Shown: one piece after another, positions 1 to 8,452 of the stretch | Layout: every line of letters starts with the position of its first letter | Position numbering within the stretch: the first letter of the stretch is position 1 | From: Zhongshania sp. | GTDB taxonomy: Bacteria; Pseudomonadota; Gammaproteobacteria; Pseudomonadales; Spongiibacteraceae | Assembly: GCF_041623545.1 (NCBI RefSeq) | Contig: NZ_JBFJWS010000002.1 | Coordinates: 26,262-90,261 of the forward strand | Length of the DNA stretch: 64,000 nt | Reading direction: 5' to 3' | Program-made: the position numbers and the translations under genes | The notes under the pieces: generated by a model | The model's input: the letters and a program-made list of their open reading frames with translations, nothing else | What the model was told of the DNA's origin: nothing | Database searches by the model: none

Positions 1-39
1 GTACGACAACGCCATGAAAGCGTCTCGTATACTTTGCGG

Positions 40-774
40 TTAGGCCGTGATTTTGAGGCCATCAATTAAGGCAATAAGCGCGACATTGAATTGCTCTTGG
101 GCTTCAGCACGGTCTTGGGCATGAGCAATCGCCAGCGACGCGTCGTGGAGCGCGCCCATGACGAGGGTCGCCAAAGGTCCGGCAGGCTGTTTGGCAATAA
201 TATTGCGATCCATCAGCATCTCAAAAGTTTCGACAAAGCCATCTAGTAGGTATTCGGAAAGAATTGCGCGCCAACGCTGCCAACCAAGAACTGCGGGGCC
301 GTCAATCAAAAGTATGCGCTGACACTCCTCATTAGACGTAACCATTTTAAGGTGTGCATCAACGGCGACAATAAGCTGCCGCCAAGGATCTCCCGAAAAC
401 GGAGCTGCTGCATTCGCACCAACCTCGTGAAGCTCAGCTGACACAAGGCGAAATACCGCTTCGAATAGTTCTGTTTTACCCGCAAAATGATGGTAGAGCG
501 CGCCGCGTGTTGTAGACGTTTCCGCTAACAGATCACTGATTCCGGTTTGATTGAAACCCGCGCCGGCAAAAAGTTTACGAGCACCTGCCAACAAGCGATT
601 CTGAGTAACTATAGCCCTCGCCTGAACGGTCTTAGAATCTTTAATAACAACGTCTCTTTTATTGCTTGCGACAACCCTTAAGGCGTCCACACTACTGGCT
701 CCTGCTTTTTTCACTTGTCGCACTACCTCACACTCTTGAGCACGCCACGCCCTCGGACTAAGCGTTATATTCAT
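40..774 (-). CDS. TetR/AcrR-family transcriptional regulator (paralogue 1)
   Basis: ORF 40..780 opens with TTG at 780; the first ATG is at 774. TetR N-terminal HTH block: ARKLFAGAGFNQTGISDLLAETSTTRGALYHHFAGKTELF. About 84% aa identity (hand alignment, ~196 positions) to ORF 3517..4194. Confidence 0.85.
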   Translation of the reverse strand: MNITLSPRAWRAQECEVVRQVKKAGASSVDALRVVASNKRDVVIKDSKTVQARAIVTQNRLLAGARKLFAGAGFNQTGISDLLAETSTTRGALYHHFAGKTELFEAVFRLVSAELHEVGANAAAPFSGDPWRQLIVAVDAHLKMVTSNEECQRILLIDGPAVLGWQRWRAILSEYLLDGFVETFEMLMDRNIIAKQPAGPLATLVMGALHDASLAIAHAQDRAEAQEQFNVALIALIDGLKITA

Positions 775-895
775 TCGCAATTCTAACCGGCCACAAAGTA
801 ATCCCGTTTCTGCATCAGCGTAGAAACTGGCCTTTGAAAACTACCGCGCCACTTGCTAATGCCGCACCCATCAACAAAGAAAAAAGTACCTATCC

Positions 896-3253
896 CTACC
901 ACTCATAACCCAGACTTACACCAAACGTTCGATTCGCATCCCGTGGAAAGAAATGCGCCACATCTTCACGACTATTGGTGGCGGTCAGCCCTGTTTTAGA
1001 GACAACATAGAATTCGTCGAAAATATTCTTGACGTAAAACACCGCTTCAAAGCGATTGTCGAATCCGCGCCAACCTAGGTTTAAATCAAATACGGAATAG
1101 GCATCAATAGTTAAATTCGGGTGACGGTTATTTGGTTCAGTTTCACTTTGCCATCTGCCCCCCAATTGCGCGAACCCCATACCGCCATAAAACGGCGTAT
1201 CGTAGCGCGCAACGACGGCAACACTGTGTTCCGGCGCGCCGCCCAAGGGCTCGCCAGTGACATCTTGTTGGTCGCAAGCGCCATCGTCATTCAGGTCTTC
1301 GCCGCCATCTTCTCCGGGTTGCTGGCCGGGAAAGCAGCTCGTTGTGTATTCATTGAACTCGGTGGGGTTATACAAAATCGAACCAAACAATGTGAGCGCT
1401 TCTAAGGGCCTCGCCTGAAAGTCAACTTCTACCCCTCGGGTTTCCAGTTCGCCAGCGCTTTCAATCCGATTTTTGTAGGTAGGCACGCCACCAGATACCT
1501 CAAGCCGTGATATCTGGCTCTGGAAATTACTAAATACGGTTCGGAATACCGTCATATTCAGCTCTAGGCTATTGTCGAACAAGCGTGATTTGATACCGAA
1601 CTCGGTATTAAACGACGTCTCCGGCTCGACCGGGTTGGCAACCGCCTCTTCTAATTCCGTGGCGTTTAGATCAAAGGCTCTACCGCGATACCCTGTTGAC
1701 ACAGTCGTGTACAGGGTAATGTCATCAGACCAATCGTGCGATAAAGACATAGCACCGATCACCGCCTCATCAATCACCGAGGTAGGCGCAATCATCACAT
1801 CGCTTTCAGAAACCGGCGCGCCGGTCGTATCCTGTTGAATCGCCTGCTTTTTCCGGGTTGACACGGTGACTTTTTCATCAATATAGCGCGCGCCACCGGT
1901 CAGGTGCCAAGCGTCGGAAATATTCCAGGTAAGCTGGCCATAGACGCCGAGATTTTCAGTTCCGATATTCGAATTTTGGTCTGCAACTTGATCTAATCCT
2001 TCGCCGGGAACTGCGCCCAGACCCTCTAGGTCAACCAGTAGCGGCACGCCGGGCGCTGTTCCAGTAATGATCACTTCGGTGGGGATATCGGTAACCGCGC
2101 CAAATTCCCGATCGTCTATTTCATTGTCAAACCACAAAATGCCTGCGCTATAGTCGATGGTGCGCGCGCCAGTAGAAGTAATACGAAATTCCTGAGTAAA
2201 GGTGTCGATATCTCTCACGCCGTTAAGGTCAACACTGAGCCTTTCGCCAGTGAATTTTGGAATCCCCAATCGGTTACGGTTTTTAAAATCGCGATAGCCG
2301 GTGACCGAGGTAAGCAAAAGATCGCCTATATCCCAGTTTACGATGAGCCCCATACCGCTGTTTATCAATACAGATTTATTATTACCGAAGGTTTCGGTTC
2401 TGTTGTTTTCATCGTGGAATCGAACACTACTTTTGGATTGTTTTTCCTCGGTAGCGGAGGAAAAAGTAACCGGTGACGATTGTCCGTCAAAATCCTGATG
2501 TTCAAGGGTAAGCCGGACGGAAACGGCGTCGGAAGCATCCCAAACCAGTTTTAAACGCCCGCCTAGACTAGTGTTTACTGGCAGTACCTCGTCATCAAAA
2601 GCGGCGTCGACATAGGGTCCGGCTTCCTTTCGGTAGAAGCCACTAAAACGCACCCCGATATCCTCGGTTACGGGGCCGCTGGCATTGAAGCTCACCTTGC
2701 CGTTATAGCCAGGGAGGTCGCTTGGATTTTCGTAGTTTGCAGCAAGCGATGCTTCAAATTCAGGCGAAGGATCGCGGGAGATGACGTGGATCAAGCCGGC
2801 CGTAGCGTTTTTACCAAAGAGCGTACCCTGTGGGCCGCGAAGTACCTCGATGCGTTCAACATCTGAATATTCAAAGCTGGTCATCTCCGTTCTGGCGATC
2901 GGCACTTCGTCGACCACCACCGCTACCCCAGCCTCAAGAGCAGGGCTGGAAACGAAGGAGCCAACACCGCGAATACTCAAGGATGCGTGGGAAGGCTGAT
3001 CCGCTTCGACGTATTTTAACGATGGCACCAGCTTGGTGAGGTCTTCAATATTGCCGATTTGATAGTTTTCCAGCTGCTCACCAGAAAATGCTGAAATTGC
3101 CATGGGCACATCTTGCAGGTTCTGCTCGCGCTTATTAGCGGTAACGATCACCTCTTCGATCTGTCCGCGCCCCTGAGCTATGGACTGCTGGAACGGCGAA
3201 ATACCGAGTACAACCAGACTAAGGGGCAGAATAACGCCATTTTTATTATTCAT
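896..3253 (-). CDS. TonB-dependent receptor (TBDR-1)
   Basis: 785 aa. Signal peptide, then TonB-box/plug start IEEVIVTANKREQNLQDVPMAISAF. Plug motif RIEVLRGPQGTLFGKNATAG. Long beta-barrel region ending in ...FGVSLGYEW with a terminal aromatic residue. ATG at 3253. Confidence 0.92.
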   Translation of the reverse strand: MNNKNGVILPLSLVVLGISPFQQSIAQGRGQIEEVIVTANKREQNLQDVPMAISAFSGEQLENYQIGNIEDLTKLVPSLKYVEADQPSHASLSIRGVGSFVSSPALEAGVAVVVDEVPIARTEMTSFEYSDVERIEVLRGPQGTLFGKNATAGLIHVISRDPSPEFEASLAANYENPSDLPGYNGKVSFNASGPVTEDIGVRFSGFYRKEAGPYVDAAFDDEVLPVNTSLGGRLKLVWDASDAVSVRLTLEHQDFDGQSSPVTFSSATEEKQSKSSVRFHDENNRTETFGNNKSVLINSGMGLIVNWDIGDLLLTSVTGYRDFKNRNRLGIPKFTGERLSVDLNGVRDIDTFTQEFRITSTGARTIDYSAGILWFDNEIDDREFGAVTDIPTEVIITGTAPGVPLLVDLEGLGAVPGEGLDQVADQNSNIGTENLGVYGQLTWNISDAWHLTGGARYIDEKVTVSTRKKQAIQQDTTGAPVSESDVMIAPTSVIDEAVIGAMSLSHDWSDDITLYTTVSTGYRGRAFDLNATELEEAVANPVEPETSFNTEFGIKSRLFDNSLELNMTVFRTVFSNFQSQISRLEVSGGVPTYKNRIESAGELETRGVEVDFQARPLEALTLFGSILYNPTEFNEYTTSCFPGQQPGEDGGEDLNDDGACDQQDVTGEPLGGAPEHSVAVVARYDTPFYGGMGFAQLGGRWQSETEPNNRHPNLTIDAYSVFDLNLGWRGFDNRFEAVFYVKNIFDEFYVVSKTGLTATNSREDVAHFFPRDANRTFGVSLGYEW

Positions 3254-3516
3254 CAGGAAACCTACTTTAAATATTTTTATTAGATTATTAGCAATGTACT
3301 TAAAACGTTTTTTATAAAATCTGGCGTCGCTAGGAAAACGGGCTTACTCAGCGAGTAATTGACCCACAACCAATGCAACACACATACCCATTTACAAAAG
3401 AGACCAACAGTTGGTTTTTTTAAGAATGGCTATCTTCAGACAAAATGTCAAGTGTATAGGCTATGGCAAACCGATATTATCTGGCGTTCCCTAGTAAACC
3501 CAAGGCGCGGCTAGTC

Positions 3517-4194
3517 CTAAACCCTAAGCCCCTCAATCAGGGAAATAAGCGCCGCCTTAAATTGCACTTGGGCCTCAACATGGTCTTCGGCATGCGCAAT
3601 CGCCAATGACGCATCATGGAGTGCTCCCATGACCAGCGTTGCCAATGGCCCTGCGGGCTGCTCAGCGATAATTTTACGAGCCATTAACATCTCAAACGTC
3701 ACGACAAAGCCGTCCAATAAGTATTCAGACAGAATTTCGCGCCAGCGCTGCCAGCCCAGTACTGCAGGTCCGTCGATCAGCAGAATGCGCTGACACTCCT
3801 CATTTGAAGTGACCATTTTAAGGTGTGCGTCAATGGCAACAAGTAGCTGTTTCCAAGGATCGCCAGAAAAAGGTGCCGCAGCCTTGGCACCAATATCGTG
3901 CAGGTCGGCCGCAACAAGACGAAACACCGCTTCAAATAGCTCAGTCTTGCCCGCGAAATGATGGTACAGCGCCCCGCGTGTAGTGGCCGTTTCTAGCAAT
4001 AAATCACTGATGCCGGTTTGATTAAAACCTGAGCGGGCAAACAGCGTGCGCGCCCCTGCTAAAAGGCGATTCTGAGTAATAACTGCCCTAGCCTGAACAG
4101 CTTTTGGGTCTTTAACAGCGGTATTTTTTTTGCCCTTCGCGGTGCGACTTGACGCTTCTGCACGTATGGATCCTAATTTAATCTCTTGCCCCAC
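3517..4194 (-). CDS. TetR/AcrR-family transcriptional regulator (paralogue 2)
   Basis: 225 aa with a GTG start at 4194; AAGGG lies about 12 nt upstream. HTH block ARTLFARSGFNQTGISDLLLETATTRGALYHHFAGKTELF. Paralogue of 40..774. Confidence 0.85.
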   Translation of the reverse strand: MGQEIKLGSIRAEASSRTAKGKKNTAVKDPKAVQARAVITQNRLLAGARTLFARSGFNQTGISDLLLETATTRGALYHHFAGKTELFEAVFRLVAADLHDIGAKAAAPFSGDPWKQLLVAIDAHLKMVTSNEECQRILLIDGPAVLGWQRWREILSEYLLDGFVVTFEMLMARKIIAEQPAGPLATLVMGALHDASLAIAHAEDHVEAQVQFKAALISLIEGLRV

Positions 4195-4562
4195 TAGCTC
4201 ACACCCTTATATACATTTAAACGCTGAATTAACCTCAGCAGTATATCTTTGCTGCACCCGGTCGTCGAAATTAGTTTGCAGCTACCCGAATTTATGCGTA
4301 CGGAGCCACCGAGACGGCCTCGGCCATCGCGCCAGTTGATGGCACAATGGATCTATTGAAAATACAAATGGATTTGGGTACTAATCCACGACACATTGAA
4401 TCTGCTTAATTAGTTTTTAAACTTGAATTTTTCCTCATACGGCATAGATTGATTTCAAATATAGTATTGGACTTGTCGAATTGCGATGCATACTGTCTCT
4501 AGTATAAGAATATCTATCGCAAACCTATCCTAGATTACAGCGCCGATTGCCAAGGAGAAAAT

Positions 4563-6107
4563 ATGGGAATAATAATAAAGACTTACAAACCTTATAGGCT
4601 TAAATCTGATTGGTTTCAACGCATGGAATTTAAGCCGTACCTAAAAACGGTTTCAGCCTTAGTACTTTGCAATATATTTTTGACTGGCTGTGGCGGCAGT
4701 TCAGCCACGAATGATCAAAGGACCATAAATGTTGAGCCCGATGCGACCTACACCTCGCAAGTTGTTCAGCCCTACTCCGTTGCAACGTCGACATCCGTGC
4801 CAAGAGCAATTTGTGGTGCCGGATCCGAGCCAGAAACTGGTCTCCAGGGCCAATTGCCGTCGGAAGATTACGACAGCGGTCGTGCAGCTCGCGGTTATAC
4901 CTGTAATACAGAGTTGATCAGTCAATTAAACTACGAGTATATGGGAAGCTCAGGAAGCTTCAACGTAATGCGTTACGTCGATACAAAAGGCCACGAATGC
5001 GCGTATTTTGATACTTCTAATTTATCCCCCATAAATTTGTTCGGTGATACCGCAGGCGTCGCTGTAGTCGATATGTCTGATCTTGCTAATCCGGTGTTAG
5101 TAGACAGCCTAAAAACTCCTGCGATGTTGTCGCCGCACGAGTCACTAATACTTAATGAGAAACGGGGGCTGCTAATCGCTGTATTGGGCAACCCAGCGAC
5201 CTACCCAGGGATCATCGACATATATGACCTAAGCGAAGATTGTCGAGAACCAAAACTCAGATCTAGCCAACTCATTGCCGGTGTATTAGGTCACGAAAGT
5301 GGCATCTCCCCCGACGGCAACACCTTCTATACGGCATCCGCACTGGCACCCACAGTGTCCGCTGTTGACATCAAGAACCCTGACGAGCCCAAATTCCTAA
5401 GTGTTTTTCCACTAAATGGTCACGGAATTTCCATTAGTGATGATGGCAATACTGCTTATGTTACAAGTCTTGGCATAGTGCCATACGGTCCCCCGCCAGA
5501 ACTGACGGGCAAGGGTGTTGAAATTTTCGATGTTTCCGAAGTGCAAGCACGATTAGCGAATCCGATGATGCACCGTATTTCTAATATAGTCTGGGACGGT
5601 AACGGTGCACCTCAATACGCTGCACCCTTTCGCAACAGAGGGCGCTGGTATCTATTTGAGACAGACGAATTTGGCGCAGCGTCATCGCCAGGCCCTGGGT
5701 CGGCCCGGATAATTGATGTGACCGACAACACAGCACCCGAAATAATTGCTGATGTACGCTTAGAAGTACATCAGGAAGAGCACCTCACGGCGATTGAAAA
5801 TGACCCTGACGCCGCTAGCACCCCGGGTTACTCCGCTCATTATTGCGATGTCGAGCGCAAGGAAAGCCCGACAATTGCAGCATGTAGTATGGGAATCTCC
5901 GGTTTACGCGTATTTGACATTCGCAACCCGTATCGGCCTCGTGAAATTGCCTACTTCAATCCACCAAGCGATTTACGTGAGAATCGAGAAACAATATCTA
6001 CAATCTCTAGGCCAATTTTTGTTCGCGAGCGCAAAGAAATTTGGTATGCGGATTCTGCCAATTTTTACGTTGTAAGACTTACTAATAACGCTTGGCCAGA
6101 GCAATAA
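4563..6107 (+). CDS. LVIVD-repeat (beta-propeller-like) lipoprotein, paralogue A
   Basis: ATG at 4563 preceded by AAGGAG; an alternative ATG is at 4623. Lipobox LTGC followed by GGSS. Repeated units of the form hydrophobic-x-(V/I)-x-D-(V/I/M)-(S/T/R)-(D/N)-x-x-x-P: VAVVDMSDLANP, IIDIYDLSEDCREP, VSAVDIKNPDEP, ARIIDVTDNTAP, LRVFDIRNPYRP. Paralogue of 48294..49706. Confidence 0.75.
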   Translation: MGIIIKTYKPYRLKSDWFQRMEFKPYLKTVSALVLCNIFLTGCGGSSATNDQRTINVEPDATYTSQVVQPYSVATSTSVPRAICGAGSEPETGLQGQLPSEDYDSGRAARGYTCNTELISQLNYEYMGSSGSFNVMRYVDTKGHECAYFDTSNLSPINLFGDTAGVAVVDMSDLANPVLVDSLKTPAMLSPHESLILNEKRGLLIAVLGNPATYPGIIDIYDLSEDCREPKLRSSQLIAGVLGHESGISPDGNTFYTASALAPTVSAVDIKNPDEPKFLSVFPLNGHGISISDDGNTAYVTSLGIVPYGPPPELTGKGVEIFDVSEVQARLANPMMHRISNIVWDGNGAPQYAAPFRNRGRWYLFETDEFGAASSPGPGSARIIDVTDNTAPEIIADVRLEVHQEEHLTAIENDPDAASTPGYSAHYCDVERKESPTIAACSMGISGLRVFDIRNPYRPREIAYFNPPSDLRENRETISTISRPIFVRERKEIWYADSANFYVVRLTNNAWPEQ

Positions 6108-6136
6108 TTAAGCTATTGAGGACTGTACCCCCTACC

Positions 6137-6177
6137 ATGTTGATTAAGCTAACCTCTATATTCAGCTTGATCAACAT
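6137..6177. terminator. Imperfect 14-bp inverted repeat between convergent genes (candidate bidirectional terminator)
   Basis: ATGTTGATTAAGCT (6137-6150) pairs with AGCTTGATCAACAT (6164-6177), 13 of 14 complementary with a 13-nt loop. Lies between the stop of 4563..6107 (+) and the stop of 6245..6904 (-). No clear U-tract. Confidence 0.35.
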
Positions 6178-6244
6178 AGTTAGCACCTCAATCAACGGGG
6201 GCATTCAAGACACTTCTTACCCTAAGTTTTAATATTCAAAATTA

Positions 6245-6904
6245 CTATTTTGTGATCGCATTCAATGCCCTACGCATCATCATAAGCTCTTTCGTTTGTT
6301 CAATAATCATCCTTTGGGCGAGATTCCGGACGACTGGAAGCCTAGCAAACTCAGCGGCAAATTTTGCCATTGGAATTCCGCCTTCATGGTGTCGCAACAT
6401 CAATTCTAGGAAACGAGCGTCCCGTGCGTCTCGATCCATCTTCCGCAGCTCCTCAAGCTCCGAATTCTTCACTAATCCGGGCATACCTAGCTCAGAGTCA
6501 CGACAGTCTAATAAATATTGCTGAAGTTCCTCGCTTGGCAGTTTAGGCGCCAGTAGCATCCAATTCATGTCCATTGTAGCGGGATAAGTTTCCACCCCCC
6601 ACAATTGTAACCAACCGCGCATTGTCCCGATTTCTATCAGCTGCGCGGTGGATATTGAAAGCGCAAAATTACGCAGCTTAGATGGTCGCTTATCTGTAAC
6701 CACACGATCATCAAGCAATAATTGGGAAAGCAATACTGCTTGATCGTGATGGACACTCATGTATTGCGCAAACCCTATATCGATAGGACTAGCAGTCAAA
6801 GTATCACTATTTCTATTGGTATTAGCGAAGGGACTAAAATAACAAAATGCGAAGCCAGCACAAATAATAAGCATCGGTATGATTAATAATCGTTTAGCCA
6901 CCAT
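6245..6904 (-). CDS. DUF305-family protein (exported four-helix-bundle type)
   Basis: Two copies of the DUF305 HH signature: YMSVHHDQAVLLSQ and LMLRHHEGGIPMAKF. The start is most likely the internal ATG at 6904 (MVAKRLLIIPMLIICAG, signal anchor), because the longer ORF to 6973 would overlap the upstream gene by 50 nt. Confidence 0.7.
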   Translation of the reverse strand: MVAKRLLIIPMLIICAGFAFCYFSPFANTNRNSDTLTASPIDIGFAQYMSVHHDQAVLLSQLLLDDRVVTDKRPSKLRNFALSISTAQLIEIGTMRGWLQLWGVETYPATMDMNWMLLAPKLPSEELQQYLLDCRDSELGMPGLVKNSELEELRKMDRDARDARFLELMLRHHEGGIPMAKFAAEFARLPVVRNLAQRMIIEQTKELMMMRRALNAITK

Positions 6905-6923
6905 ATAATCTAGGACCAATAAT

Positions 6924-7580
6924 TTAGAGTTGAAATCCTGCCGCGACCCACCACGCCACGAAAACCGCGACAATAGTCACACACCCAATACGCCACCATG
7001 ACGCAAACGTAATTGGCTGAGCGTCATTTGAAATGCCTGATCCGGTAATCATTGATCGAATTAAATTAGAGCGTTTGTAGACCAGATAGAAAAGCACTGC
7101 CGCGATGTGTACCACAATCAATACCTGCAGGACGATAAAGCTGGTTTCATGCCAGTTCGCAAATTGGCGGGCTAGATCAAAATCGACGCGATAAGACAGT
7201 GGCCCAGACTCCAATCCATCAACATCGACTGCGAACAAACCGCTCACTAGCTGGCTTAGCAGAGCAAAAAGTAGAACCAGGCTACTCCAGCCTCCGAGGG
7301 GGTTATGCCCAGTGAATTGACTACGCTCCCGCGTCAATAAGCTAGGCAGGTAGCCCAAAACCTCTCCCGGCGCCCGAACAAAGTGGGTAAAGCGCGCTGT
7401 CGTCGACCCTACAAACCCCCATAAGAGCCGAAATATAAGCAGGCCAAGAACCGCATAGCCACTCATCAGATGCCAATCCATATGGTCATCGTGGGTCCAC
7501 CAGGAAAACGGGATTAACACTACCAAGGCCCAGTGCACGAGCCGTGTTGGTGCATCCCAAATTTTTCGTACTTGGTTCAT
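6924..7580 (-). CDS. Cytochrome b561-family membrane protein (CybB / Ni-Fe-hydrogenase b-type cytochrome-like)
   Basis: N-terminus IWDAPTRLVHWALVVLIPFSWWTHD. Four predicted TM helices with conserved His residues (HW..., HLMSGY, NWHETSF..VVHIAAV). The ATG at 7580 overlaps the upstream stop as ATGA (7577-7580). Confidence 0.8.
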   Translation of the reverse strand: MNQVRKIWDAPTRLVHWALVVLIPFSWWTHDDHMDWHLMSGYAVLGLLIFRLLWGFVGSTTARFTHFVRAPGEVLGYLPSLLTRERSQFTGHNPLGGWSSLVLLFALLSQLVSGLFAVDVDGLESGPLSYRVDFDLARQFANWHETSFIVLQVLIVVHIAAVLFYLVYKRSNLIRSMITGSGISNDAQPITFASWWRIGCVTIVAVFVAWWVAAGFQL

Positions 7581-8044
7581 TCGTCGAACCGGAATTTGTC
7601 GTGACAGCCTTTGCACTCACGGCCTAAAGACTTAAGTTGTGCCCGTGTTTTTTTCATGTCTTTTTGTTTCGCTACCAACACTAACTTATCGGCTTGTTCT
7701 ATGGCTTTGGTATAGCGACTTTCAAACTCCGCCTTATTCTTCCAAATACTTTCCAGCGCCTTGGTTTCTATTCCCGCCTCGGGACCGCTGCCCTCTGGAA
7801 ACATGGGTTGGACTTCGCGAAGCCCTGACGCAATCCGCTTTACCGAACTTTTTATCACAAAATTCATCGGCGCAGACTTGCGCGTCTCGTCACGAATGGC
7901 TTTCACTGCTGTACCAATTTCCCGGTACAAGGCCTGCCGTTGTTCAATAATTTCGGTATATTCAGCGCTTTGGCATATAGCGGCAATGGGGATAAACGCA
8001 AGGAATACGCCGAGCAAAAGTCGTTTATGTTTAACTAATCCCAT
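7577..8044 (-). CDS. Class II cytochrome c (cytochrome c-prime / c-556 family)
   Basis: 155 aa with a signal peptide and a four-helix-bundle-like sequence. The single heme motif CKGCH lies close to the C-terminus (GRECKGCHDKFRFDE), which is diagnostic for class II c-type cytochromes. Confidence 0.85.
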   Translation of the reverse strand: MGLVKHKRLLLGVFLAFIPIAAICQSAEYTEIIEQRQALYREIGTAVKAIRDETRKSAPMNFVIKSSVKRIASGLREVQPMFPEGSGPEAGIETKALESIWKNKAEFESRYTKAIEQADKLVLVAKQKDMKKTRAQLKSLGRECKGCHDKFRFDE

Positions 8045-8113
8045 GGTGAAAATCCGATATAGTTATTTTCTGTTAATGTAAATTTTGGAATACCAGTGCC
8101 GTAAAGCCTAAAC

Positions 8114-8416
8114 TTAGGCCTTCGCCACCCAAGAATCACACAGGCTTTCAGCGGCCACGCCACCACCGCTGAACATCATGCAAGTGCCGCACGACGCGGT
8201 TTGAGTTGCCTTAAAAAAAGCACAGCCACCGCAGCTTTTCTGTGAGTCAGTTGACACCGCAATAAAGTTAAGTGATTTACGTAGATTGCGGTCACTCATT
8301 GGTAGCTTTGCCATATCAAAGCAGCTTTCTGCCAGAGCCGTGTTGCCCAAAACAATACCGGCACCACCGACGAGTAAATTCACAAAGGATCGCCGTGTGC
8401 ATTTAGCCTCAAGCAT
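8114..8416 (-). CDS. High-potential iron-sulfur protein (HiPIP) with Tat signal
   Basis: Twin-arginine leader TRRSFVNLLVGGAGIVLGNTALA. C-terminal cluster motif C-GG-C-x13-C-MMFSGGGVAAESL-C-DSW matches the HiPIP pattern CxxC...C(x)F(P/S)G...C(x)SW. Confidence 0.85.
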   Translation of the reverse strand: MLEAKCTRRSFVNLLVGGAGIVLGNTALAESCFDMAKLPMSDRNLRKSLNFIAVSTDSQKSCGGCAFFKATQTASCGTCMMFSGGGVAAESLCDSWVAKA

Positions 8417-8452
8417 AATTTACCCTCATTCTTACAAGTTTGCTTTTCTGCG

